A stretch of DNA of 64,000 nucleotides, taken from contig OZ242318.1 in assembly GCA_965208105.1 (NCBI GenBank), positions 4,704,001-4,768,000 of the forward strand, in the 5' to 3' direction. Positions within the stretch are counted from its first letter, which is position 1, and every line of letters starts with the position of its first letter. The notes under the pieces are model-generated. The model had not been told where the DNA came from and searched no databases. It saw nothing but the letters and a program-made list of their open reading frames with translations. The DNA comes from Candidatus Latescibacterota bacterium. GTDB taxonomy: Bacteria > Latescibacterota > UBA2968 > UBA8231. Both the position numbers and the translations under genes were made by a program. This document shows, in pieces, positions 12,787-21,508 of the stretch.

Positions 12787-14502
12787 ATGAACCAAATCCT
12801 GCAGATTGTTCGACTCCTGCGGCCCTACTGGCGCTTCATTGCACAATCTCTGCTGGTAGGAGTCATGCTGACCTTCCTGAGTTTACCGGGGCCATTTATC
12901 ACCAAGCTCCTGATTGACGAAGTTTTCCCTCACAGAGATTACTCCTTGCTCTATTTCGTCCTGATCATGGGTGCGGTTTTCGCGGCGTTCACGGGGTTGA
13001 CCAGCTTCATGAGCGGCTATTTCAGTCAATGCGTAAGTACGAAAATGAGCTTTGATTTCGAGACGGATTTCTACAGCCATATCCAGTCCCTGGATTTCAG
13101 TTTTTTCGACCAGAGGGAGACAGGGGAAATCATGGCCAGGTTCGGAGACATGCAAAGTTCCATATTCAGCATGATTAGGATTGTAAATACCCTGGTAATG
13201 AATTGTCTGCAGTTGATGATATTTCCTCTCATTCTCTTCTACATCAACTGGAAGTTGGCTTTGATAAGTCTGGCAGTACTGCCCTTCGATACCCTCCTGG
13301 TGGCAATCACCAAGAAACATATCCGCAATCTGTCGAAGCGGATTGCCGAGCGTTCTGCCGAGATGTCGGCAAAAACATTCGAATCGCTGTCGGGGATTCG
13401 AACTGTCCAGGCGCTAGGTGTGGAGAGGATCTTTTTCAACAAGATTTTTGAAATCTTCAAGGAAGTGTCGAATCTCCGGCTCAAATTGTCCCTTGTGCAA
13501 AACGGTTCGGGATTTGCCGCGAATCTATTCAAAGCGGCGGGGAGTATGGCCTATGGCTGGTATGGATGGACCCAGATTTTACAGGGAAATTTGTCGCTGG
13601 GAAGCTTCATGGCGTTTTCCGGGTATGTCGGATTTCTCTACGGGCCCATAGAAAACCTGATTGGAATTCTCCCCCTTCTCGAGACAACGAAGGTTCACCT
13701 CAATCGTTTTTTTGAGATCTATAATTTGCGTCCGGCGATTCAGAATCGTCTGAATATGCCCGTTCTGCAACGCGTGCAAGGGGAAATCGAGTTCAGCGAA
13801 GTAAGTTTCTCCTACGATGAGCGCCAAAGGATTCTCCATCGGGTCAACCTGGAAATCCCCCCACGTACCATGATCGCCCTCGTAGGCAGGAGCGGATCCG
13901 GGAAATCCACTCTGGCCAAGCTGATTCCAAGGTTCTACGACCCCGATGAAGGGCAGGTTCGCATAGATGGAAAGGATATCCAGAAATTCCAGCTCAACTC
14001 GCTGCGCCGGCAGGTTGGGTTTTCCATGCAGGGAACCCCCCTTTTCCAGGGGAGTATTCTGGATAACCTGACCTTCGGAAGGAACATTCCAGTGCAGGAC
14101 GTGGAAGATGCGGCTCGATCAGCCTATATCCACGATTTCGTGAATTCCTTGGCGGATGGCTACGATACCCTGGTGGGCGAGCAGGGGGCCAAGTTGTCGG
14201 AAGGACAGAAACAGCGCATCGCTCTTGCCCGTGTTTGGTTGCTTGATGTCCCAATTCTGATACTGGACGAACCCACCGCGGCTCTGGACCTGGAATCAGA
14301 ATTTTTCATACAGGAAGCCCTCAAAAGGGTACGGAAAAATCGAACAGTCGTCATAATCGCACACCGGCTCTCGACCATCCAAAGCGCAGACGAGATAGTT
14401 GTACTGGATGATGGCAGGATATCCGAGAGGGGAACCCACGGGGAGTTGTTGCAAAACGGCGAAGGGTACTCTCAGCTCTTCAGCCGAATGGCAAGTATTT
14501 GA
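12787..14502 (+). CDS. ABC exporter, fused permease/ATPase (no C39 peptidase domain)
   Basis: N-terminal TM domain; Walker A GRSGSGKST, signature LSEGQKQR, ILILDEPT, IAHRLST. Confidence 0.93.
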   Translation: MNQILQIVRLLRPYWRFIAQSLLVGVMLTFLSLPGPFITKLLIDEVFPHRDYSLLYFVLIMGAVFAAFTGLTSFMSGYFSQCVSTKMSFDFETDFYSHIQSLDFSFFDQRETGEIMARFGDMQSSIFSMIRIVNTLVMNCLQLMIFPLILFYINWKLALISLAVLPFDTLLVAITKKHIRNLSKRIAERSAEMSAKTFESLSGIRTVQALGVERIFFNKIFEIFKEVSNLRLKLSLVQNGSGFAANLFKAAGSMAYGWYGWTQILQGNLSLGSFMAFSGYVGFLYGPIENLIGILPLLETTKVHLNRFFEIYNLRPAIQNRLNMPVLQRVQGEIEFSEVSFSYDERQRILHRVNLEIPPRTMIALVGRSGSGKSTLAKLIPRFYDPDEGQVRIDGKDIQKFQLNSLRRQVGFSMQGTPLFQGSILDNLTFGRNIPVQDVEDAARSAYIHDFVNSLADGYDTLVGEQGAKLSEGQKQRIALARVWLLDVPILILDEPTAALDLESEFFIQEALKRVRKNRTVVIIAHRLSTIQSADEIVVLDDGRISERGTHGELLQNGEGYSQLFSRMASI

Positions 14503-14538
14503 ACTGAAGGGAGGAAAGAAAAAATCGAAAGAATCAGT

Positions 14539-16536
14539 TTGAGTCGTCTGACTGGCCGCGATGTCAAGGTCGCGATTGTGGACAGCGGCATTGATGCTTC
14601 GCACCCGAAAGTCGGTTTGGTAGCTGGAGGACTGGCGCTGTGGTCCGCCCCGAATGGGGGAACTGCCTCGGGAGGGGATTGGTCGGACTGCACCGGCCAT
14701 GGAACAGCCTGCGCCGGTATTGTCCGCAAGAAAGCTCCGGAATCCGAAATGTACAGCGTCCGCATTTTCGACGAAACCTTGTCGACCGATGGCACATCAC
14801 TAGTGGCTGCTCTGGAATGGACGATTTCAAAAGAAATGGACGTGGTGAATTTGAGCCTGGGAAGCACCGGCCTGAGCCAAAGGGAAGACCTGAGGGCAGT
14901 CTGTCGTCAGGCGGCAAAGGCCGGAATTGTCCTTGTTGCAGCCGAGCACAATGCGGGCAGAGAAAGCTATCCGGCCGTGTTTCCGGAAGTAATAGGAGTC
15001 AGTGGAGGATGGGTTCAGGGGGCCTACGGCTACTACTACCGTTCGGAAGAGGCCATCGAATGCGTGGCCAGGGGCAACCACCAGCGCGTATGCTGGTTGA
15101 ACCGAGGTGAAATCATGATCGAGGGGACGAGCTTCGCCGCAGCCCATATTTCGGGGATTGTATGCTTGATTCGCGAAGCATTACCCGGGGCTACGGTGGA
15201 GAAAGTGCGCGAGGTTCTGCAGGCAAACGCTCTGCCTGAAATTTCCAACCATAGCGCCGGTGTGGGACAATCTTCGCCACCGCCTGCTCAGCGGAAGCTC
15301 GTTCAGGCTTCCCGGTCAGAGGCCAAATCTGCCATCAGGTGGATCCGGAAGGCGGCAATCTATCCATTCAACAAGGAGATGCATGCCCTGGTTCGATATC
15401 GAGACTTGCTCAGCTTTGAACTGGTTGGCGTCGCCGATCCGGTAGGAAAGGGGCTGGTAGGCAAGGACGCCGGGGAAGCCATGGGGATTTCTTCTGCGGG
15501 CATCAGAATTCAGCCGAGGCTCTCCTCTGCCCTTCGGGGGGCCGACACCCTTATTCTCGGCTACGTCGACCAACTCAGCCGCATCGGCAAAAAGGACATG
15601 TTGCGCGAGGCGGTCCGCCTCGCTTTGGATCAAGGCTGCCACGTCTTCAGTTTCGTCTCCCTTCCTCGAGACGTCTACGCGGACCTCCATGATCTCGCGG
15701 CGGGAAAAGGATTGCGCCTCACCTATCCATCCGTCGATTACGAGGAGGTCCGGGATGCCCTGGTCTCCGGTCAGAAATCCAGCCCCGTCGACGTTCCGGT
15801 GGTAGGGGTGTTCGGAACCAGCTCTCAACAGGGAAAATTCACCCTGCAACTGGCCCTGCGCCGCCGCCTCCTGCGCCTGGGATACAAGGTCGGTCAGATT
15901 GGCACCGAACATCACTCAGCACTTTTCGGCATGGATTTCGCATTTCCCATGGGGTATGCTTCACCTCTGGATTTGCCAATCCAGTGGCATGTACCCTATC
16001 TGGACTACAAAATGCGGCAGATATGTGGGCAACGAAGGCCCGACCTCATTCTGGTCGGTTCGCAGTCCGGTACCATCCCCTATGACGTGCATGAGCACGG
16101 GGCTCATTCCATGGCCTCGGTCTCGTTCCTTCTGGGCACCAAGCCCGATGCATGTATATTGGTGGTCAACAGCATCGATGCGGACCGCTACGTTGAGGAC
16201 AGCATGGATGCCATCCGCGCCCTGGCCAAGGCCCCCACTTTGCTTCTGGCCATGAGCGACAAGAAAAAGCATATCATGGCGGCGTACGGACGTAGTTGGG
16301 TTGCGCCGCGCCAGATGAGGGGGGCGGAAATCGCGGCAAAGCTGGGCTACCTGGAAGACAGGTTCGGCTTGCCAGCCATTGAAATCTCCTCCGTTCAGGG
16401 CCAGCGAATAGTTGCTGCGGAGGTCCTTCGGTATTTTGCTTCCTCGAAAAAGGCGGGTTGTAAGCGGGGCCTCACCCGGATTCACCGGCCTCGTTGGAAA
16501 AGAGATGAAACAACCCTAAAGTCAAGGTTTCCTTAA
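14539..16536 (+). CDS. S8 (subtilisin-like) peptidase fused to a DUF1611 / TIGR04066-like domain
   Basis: Catalytic triad VDSGID, GHGTACAG, GTSFAA; C-terminal Rossmann-like part plus VGVFGTSSQQGKFT and QIGTE; no signal peptide. Confidence 0.82.
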   Translation: MSRLTGRDVKVAIVDSGIDASHPKVGLVAGGLALWSAPNGGTASGGDWSDCTGHGTACAGIVRKKAPESEMYSVRIFDETLSTDGTSLVAALEWTISKEMDVVNLSLGSTGLSQREDLRAVCRQAAKAGIVLVAAEHNAGRESYPAVFPEVIGVSGGWVQGAYGYYYRSEEAIECVARGNHQRVCWLNRGEIMIEGTSFAAAHISGIVCLIREALPGATVEKVREVLQANALPEISNHSAGVGQSSPPPAQRKLVQASRSEAKSAIRWIRKAAIYPFNKEMHALVRYRDLLSFELVGVADPVGKGLVGKDAGEAMGISSAGIRIQPRLSSALRGADTLILGYVDQLSRIGKKDMLREAVRLALDQGCHVFSFVSLPRDVYADLHDLAAGKGLRLTYPSVDYEEVRDALVSGQKSSPVDVPVVGVFGTSSQQGKFTLQLALRRRLLRLGYKVGQIGTEHHSALFGMDFAFPMGYASPLDLPIQWHVPYLDYKMRQICGQRRPDLILVGSQSGTIPYDVHEHGAHSMASVSFLLGTKPDACILVVNSIDADRYVEDSMDAIRALAKAPTLLLAMSDKKKHIMAAYGRSWVAPRQMRGAEIAAKLGYLEDRFGLPAIEISSVQGQRIVAAEVLRYFASSKKAGCKRGLTRIHRPRWKRDETTLKSRFP

Positions 16537-16548
16537 AGGGAGGGGTAA

Positions 16549-16836
16549 ATGGGAAAAGAAGGCACAGAGTATCGCATCAAGCGCACCATCGTCCGTACCC
16601 TGAATCTCGACATCGAGCCCGATGAAATCGGTGACGATGATTTGTTGTTCGGCGGCGACCTCGGTCTGCACTCCATGGCGGCGATGGAAATCATTGTCGG
16701 ACTGGAGGAGGAATTCAGCTTTGAGGTTTCGGACGATGATCTGAGAGTCGAGTTACTGAACAGTGTTCGCTCGATGAGCGAATACATTGAATCAACCCTT
16801 TCAGATTCCTCCGCCATGCGGGTGAAGGACCCTTGA
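16549..16836 (+). CDS. acyl carrier protein
   Basis: Acidic 95-aa protein; GDLGLHS(42)MAAMEIIVGLEEEF phosphopantetheine site; strong RBS GGGAGG. Confidence 0.88.
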   Translation: MGKEGTEYRIKRTIVRTLNLDIEPDEIGDDDLLFGGDLGLHSMAAMEIIVGLEEEFSFEVSDDDLRVELLNSVRSMSEYIESTLSDSSAMRVKDP

Positions 16837-16839
16837 GCC

Positions 16840-19533
16840 ATGATACCGGATATAAAGCTATTTTACGAGCCTGGATCGAGAGATTGTGCAGAAGACCTGG
16901 CGGTCTCCGTAGCCTCCTGGAAGAGGAGAAAGCACGAGCTGATGTTCGCTGAGTCATGGGGGTTTGGTTTTGACCCACCTGGTTCGGGCGGTGGAGAAAG
17001 AATTGGAGATGGGATCGATCCTGCAATGGGCGACCGGTGGGGATTGCTGGAGCGCCATCACGGAATAAAATGGTCGGTCGGCAAAAACCATTCTGATGAA
17101 GAACTCGCTGCTCTCTTGCAGGGGGAAATTGAAGGAGGTTTTCCGGTCGCATTGAGCCTGAGCGTGGGTGAAACGAGGAAAGAATGCAGCGCCAAGGGCG
17201 ACAGGAGTTCGCCCCTCCCCTATATCCTGGCCGTGGGGTTTGATTACAGTGCCCGGACCCTGTCTTATCTGCGATACAACACCCAATGTCCCGGTGAAGG
17301 AAACGGCGAAATAGAGCATATCTCCCTCGGTGACTTCGAGGATTGGGATGGTGGTTACATGACCGTCCGACTGACGGGAAAGGACAAGTGGCAAGAGGCC
17401 GACGGGGTTGAAGTTATTGAAAGAGCCTTGGCAAGCGTCGGCAACTTCGATGAATGCAGAAGCACCGTTTCAATCCACCAATTTGCCGATGCATTGGATC
17501 GGGGCCTTGATATAGAGGCTGAAATTGCAGGCTGCACCAACTATCACCGGGTTCCATTGTTTTACAATCTGATGCGGGTTGGCCATGGGCGCTTTCAGTT
17601 CTCCAGATTGCTGCGCCTTCTGAGCATCACTGGCCACTTCCCGGAGCTTGGGGAAGCTGCTGGCCGCTTGGAGTCCCTGGGAAGACGGTGGAATCTGGTC
17701 CGCAGCCTGTTGATGAAATTGGGGATGAGGGCGAGCGATGTTCAATTGCCGGGTCGAATCAGCACGAGAGTCAGAGAACTGGCGGCGGCTGAGGAGGAAT
17801 TGGCCTCGGTCCTGCGGGAATTCGGTTTTAGGAAGAGAAGGAACCCCTTCTCGAAAATTCGTAAAAATTCTCTCGTCCCGGAACCATCCTCTTCAGGAAT
17901 TGAAATGTATCCCCGTCCTGCACTGAAGCATCCATATGTGGGCCCTCGGGACGGGAAGGAGCGCCGCCTCGTCCATATCTGGCAGGAAGTCCTTGGCGTC
18001 CGAAAGGTTGGTGTTCACGACGACTTCTTTGAGTTGGGCGGGGACTCCTTGCTGGGGATCCATGTTGTTGCCCTTGTCCGTAAGGCAGGGTTGCAACTGA
18101 CTACCGGACAGCTTTTCGAACGCCGGACAATCGCAGGATTGGCCCAGGTTGAAGGGAAGGGGACCTGGATTTGCGCTGAGCAGGATCTGGTGACAGGTCC
18201 TGTACCCATCACACCCGGTGCGCGCCGGTTCCTGGAGCATATCGGTCCCGGCAGACACCACTACAACGTGTCTGTTCTCCTGGAGACGCCAGACGGCTTC
18301 GACCCCGGACGAATGGACCAGGCCGTGCGCCATGTGGTCGCCCATCACGATGCCCTCCGATTTCGTTATTTCCATGACGGCAGGACGGGATGGCGGCAGT
18401 ACATGGCCGGGCTTGATGGGCCAAATCATTTCACCATTACAGATCTGAGCGGCATTCCCAGGGCGGGGCAAAGTGCCGCAATTGAAGAGGCTGCGGCCGA
18501 AGTACAGGCCAGCCTGAACCTGTCCCGGGGACCCTTATGCCGGGTGACCTTTTTCGATCTTGGGGATCACCGTCGCGGGCGCCTGTTATTTGTCGTACAC
18601 CACATTGCCGTGGATGGGATGTGCGAGCGCTTTCCCCTGGAGGACCTTCTTTTGGTCTACCAGCAGCTTTGCGCAGGCGATGAGGTCCGGATGCCTCCAA
18701 AGACAACCTCATTCAAGCGATGGGCAATTGGTCTGGAGAAATACGCCCGTTCGGAGGCCTTGAAGAAGGAGGCAGATTATTGGCTGAGCTTGCCCTGGGA
18801 TCAGGTGCGTCCCTTTCCCCTGGATAATGCAGAAGGAGTGAACAGCCGAGCCTCTTCATCCTTCATAGAAATTACCATATCCCCAGAAAAGACGCACACC
18901 TTACTGTCAGTTCCCAGGAAGTCGACCACCAGGGTCCACGAGGTGTTGCTGACAGCGCTCGCTCTGGCCCTCTCACGATGGACCGGATCGGATACCGTAT
19001 TGGTAGACCTGATGCATCATGGACGCGAGCCGCTTTTCGACCACATGGACCTGTCTCGCACGGTGGGCAATTTCATCTCCCATGTTCCGGTAGTACTGAA
19101 ACTGGGGAACGCATCCCCTGCTTCACAGGCGGTGGAAATGGTCAAAGAGCAACTTCGCAAAATTCCCAGGGGAGGCATCGGGTATGGTTTGCTGCGGTAT
19201 AGGTGTGGGGATACTGAGGAAAACGAAAAATTGCGAAGCTGCCCAAAGGCCGAGATCAGCTTCAACTGCCGGATTCACGGGGCTCGGACATTGCCGGCTA
19301 ATCAGGGTCATCTGGCCGCTGGATCTTTTCAACCAGCCATGGAATCCTGCGGTCCCCCTATCGCCCAGGATGCAATCAGGGGCCATCTGATCGGATTCAG
19401 AGCCGACATCATTAACGGCCGGGCAAACCTCGGCTTCACCTACAGCGCGGCGTTGCAAAGGGGATCTACGGTCGAAGCTCTGACCCATGGCTGTATGGAG
19501 GAGTTGGACTCGCTCCTCGGCCGTCTTCATTGA
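16840..19533 (+). CDS. BtrH-like N-terminal domain + carrier (T) domain + epimerisation-type condensation-superfamily domain
   Basis: DC...MFAESWGFGF and YILAVGFD (BtrH_N-like); DDFFELGGDS(403)L; HHIAVDG, HHGRE, SRTVG, PRGGIGYGLLRY. Confidence 0.78.
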   Translation: MIPDIKLFYEPGSRDCAEDLAVSVASWKRRKHELMFAESWGFGFDPPGSGGGERIGDGIDPAMGDRWGLLERHHGIKWSVGKNHSDEELAALLQGEIEGGFPVALSLSVGETRKECSAKGDRSSPLPYILAVGFDYSARTLSYLRYNTQCPGEGNGEIEHISLGDFEDWDGGYMTVRLTGKDKWQEADGVEVIERALASVGNFDECRSTVSIHQFADALDRGLDIEAEIAGCTNYHRVPLFYNLMRVGHGRFQFSRLLRLLSITGHFPELGEAAGRLESLGRRWNLVRSLLMKLGMRASDVQLPGRISTRVRELAAAEEELASVLREFGFRKRRNPFSKIRKNSLVPEPSSSGIEMYPRPALKHPYVGPRDGKERRLVHIWQEVLGVRKVGVHDDFFELGGDSLLGIHVVALVRKAGLQLTTGQLFERRTIAGLAQVEGKGTWICAEQDLVTGPVPITPGARRFLEHIGPGRHHYNVSVLLETPDGFDPGRMDQAVRHVVAHHDALRFRYFHDGRTGWRQYMAGLDGPNHFTITDLSGIPRAGQSAAIEEAAAEVQASLNLSRGPLCRVTFFDLGDHRRGRLLFVVHHIAVDGMCERFPLEDLLLVYQQLCAGDEVRMPPKTTSFKRWAIGLEKYARSEALKKEADYWLSLPWDQVRPFPLDNAEGVNSRASSSFIEITISPEKTHTLLSVPRKSTTRVHEVLLTALALALSRWTGSDTVLVDLMHHGREPLFDHMDLSRTVGNFISHVPVVLKLGNASPASQAVEMVKEQLRKIPRGGIGYGLLRYRCGDTEENEKLRSCPKAEISFNCRIHGARTLPANQGHLAAGSFQPAMESCGPPIAQDAIRGHLIGFRADIINGRANLGFTYSAALQRGSTVEALTHGCMEELDSLLGRLH

Positions 19534-19608
19534 ATCCCAGCGATCAGATCCCCTCGATGAGTTCAATTCAATACCTGGAGATGGTGGGTTGTCAGGTCCC
19601 CGCCCTCC

Positions 19609-20262
19609 CTACCGCATCGGCACGAAGCGCACGGCGATGAGCTCGCGGCGCTCCACCCCCTGAGGCCCCCTCTTGACCCTCACCAGGCGCTGCTGGTCGG
19701 CCCCCACCGGCATGATCAGCCGTGAGCCTGAAGCGAGCTGCTCGATCAGCGCCGGGGGGATCTCCTCCACGGCGGCCGAGCCGATGATTCCGTCGAAAGG
19801 CGCCTCCTCCTCCCAGCCCTGGGCGCCGTCCCCGGTCCGCAGGCGGATATTGCCATAGCCCAGATCCCTCAGGGTGTGCTGCGCCTTTTCGGCCAGTTCG
19901 GGGAAGAACTCGATGGAGAAAACCTGGTCCACCATCTCGGCGAGGAGGGCGGTCAGATAGCCGCAGCCGGTGCCGATCTCCAGGACCCGGCCGGGCCGCT
20001 CCACTGCGAGTTGCTGCAGCATGTAGGCGACCACGTAGGGCTGGGAGATGGTCTGCCCGCAGCCGATGGGAAGGGGATGGTCGTGGTAGGCCCGGGATCG
20101 CTCGGTAGGCGGTACGAAGAGGTGGCGCGGCACCCGGCGGAAGGCGTCCATGACCGCTGCCTGGTGGATGCCGCGTCCCCTGAGCTGGAATCGCACCATG
20201 CGCTGGCGTTGAGAGGCGAACTCTTCCGCCGATGAATCGCCGTCGGAAAAGAGAGCAAGCAT
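19609..20262 (-). CDS. pcm: protein-L-isoaspartate O-methyltransferase
   Basis: VPRHLFVP, GQTISQPY, VLEIGTGCGY, GDGAQGW, VRFVPM. Confidence 0.95.
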   Translation of the reverse strand: MLALFSDGDSSAEEFASQRQRMVRFQLRGRGIHQAAVMDAFRRVPRHLFVPPTERSRAYHDHPLPIGCGQTISQPYVVAYMLQQLAVERPGRVLEIGTGCGYLTALLAEMVDQVFSIEFFPELAEKAQHTLRDLGYGNIRLRTGDGAQGWEEEAPFDGIIGSAAVEEIPPALIEQLASGSRLIMPVGADQQRLVRVKRGPQGVERRELIAVRFVPMR

Positions 20263-20465
20263 GGCAATTGGCGGGGTGGGTTGGATCGGCAAAGTCCGCT
20301 CGAGGAAGGGCAATCTCCCTTGTGCGGCCTGGGGCCGACTGGGGGCTCATCCCATCGAGGAGCATGCCTGTGAATGGAAAGGAAGGTATCGGTGGATCCT
20401 CTACCAAAGTCTACGGTCTGGCATCCTCCGTGGCAAGCACCCGGCACCGGATCGCGGGAATCACC

Positions 20466-21407
20466 TCACCTTCCCTGCAGGCATCTGGTTGATTCCTCCA
20501 GGACTGCGGCGGTGGAAAGTTCTCTCAACCTGCCGCCGGGAGCCTGAATGAAACGGGCTGCGGGGCCGCGCGGTGCCCAGATTTGGGGGTCGGTAGGCCC
20601 GAAGATGGAAACTGTCGGAGTGCCCACGGCTGCCGCTACATGCCCCGGCCCGGTGTCGTTGCCGATGAAGAGGTCGGCCCTGTCGATCAGGCCGGCCAGA
20701 TCGAGGAGGCGGGGCGGTTGCAGGAGATGGCAGTTTGGGGGGAGCCGCTCCTGCAGAGTGGCGGCGATGTCTGCTTCCGCCTCGCCGTGCAGGACCAGGA
20801 TTCGGCAACCCCGCCGTTGCAGTTGCTCCGCAAGGGCCAGGAAGCGGGCCAGCGGCCAGCACTTGCGGCGCCCGCCGCTGCCCGGGTGGAGCGCCACCAC
20901 GGGGGGCTGCAACCGGAGCTTCCGCCACAGCCGTTCGGCCCGGGCTCGGTCCTCGTCGCGTAGCCGGATCCGGGGAACAGGGTCGGGAACGGCCATTCCG
21001 TGCCGCTGCAGAGGCTGCAGCAGATGGTCGACAACGTGCAGGCGGCGTCCGGGGACGGGGCGGGGATCGCAAACGAGGCAATCCCGCCCCGTGAGTTCAC
21101 CCAACCGGGCTTCCAGGACCCCATCGGGGTCCACCGCGTAGCAGAGGACGAAGCAGGTGCCGGCGAAGAGGGCGCGGGTTGCCTCCGGGAGGGGCCTGGA
21201 ACAGGTGTAAAGCGGGAACAGGGATGCGCTGTTGTGGTCGAGAATCCGGTCGGGATGGGCCAGGCGCACGATATCCGGAGCACCCGCCAGGTGCAGGTCG
21301 GTTCCGGGGAAGGCCTGGCGCAGGGCATCGATGGCGGGAAGGGTGAGGACGAAATCGCCGCAGGCGCCGCCTCGTATCACGGTGAGGTTTGTCTGACTGC
21401 CTGACAT
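20466..21407 (-). CDS. glycosyltransferase family 9 (LPS heptosyltransferase-like)
   Basis: RGGACGDFVL, HPGSGGRRKCWP, IGNDTGPGHVAAA, SIFGPT. Confidence 0.88.
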   Translation of the reverse strand: MSGSQTNLTVIRGGACGDFVLTLPAIDALRQAFPGTDLHLAGAPDIVRLAHPDRILDHNSASLFPLYTCSRPLPEATRALFAGTCFVLCYAVDPDGVLEARLGELTGRDCLVCDPRPVPGRRLHVVDHLLQPLQRHGMAVPDPVPRIRLRDEDRARAERLWRKLRLQPPVVALHPGSGGRRKCWPLARFLALAEQLQRRGCRILVLHGEAEADIAATLQERLPPNCHLLQPPRLLDLAGLIDRADLFIGNDTGPGHVAAAVGTPTVSIFGPTDPQIWAPRGPAARFIQAPGGRLRELSTAAVLEESTRCLQGR

Positions 21408-21508
21408 GGATGGCCGTCCTGGGTGCGGGACTCTTGCCCTATGGAAAGGTTTTCTCTATCTTTTCTGGTTGATTTTTCACCGGAAAAGCGGATGCAGGAG
21501 TTCGAATT

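Noticed and set aside
16840-19533. Calling the island a conventional NRPS cluster
   Set aside because: No adenylation or thioesterase domain; only a T domain and an E-type domain are present
10488-19616. Weak inverted similarity at the island edges (TGCGGTGGGGCGGGAC versus the reverse complement around the pcm stop)
   Set aside because: Short, gapped, G-rich and partly within pcm coding sequence; compatible with chance
19609-20262. pcm as a RiPP-tailoring (aspartimide-forming) methyltransferase of the island
   Set aside because: Opposite strand, host-like codon usage, and ordinary PIMT length without the extra C-terminal domain of RiPP-associated homologues
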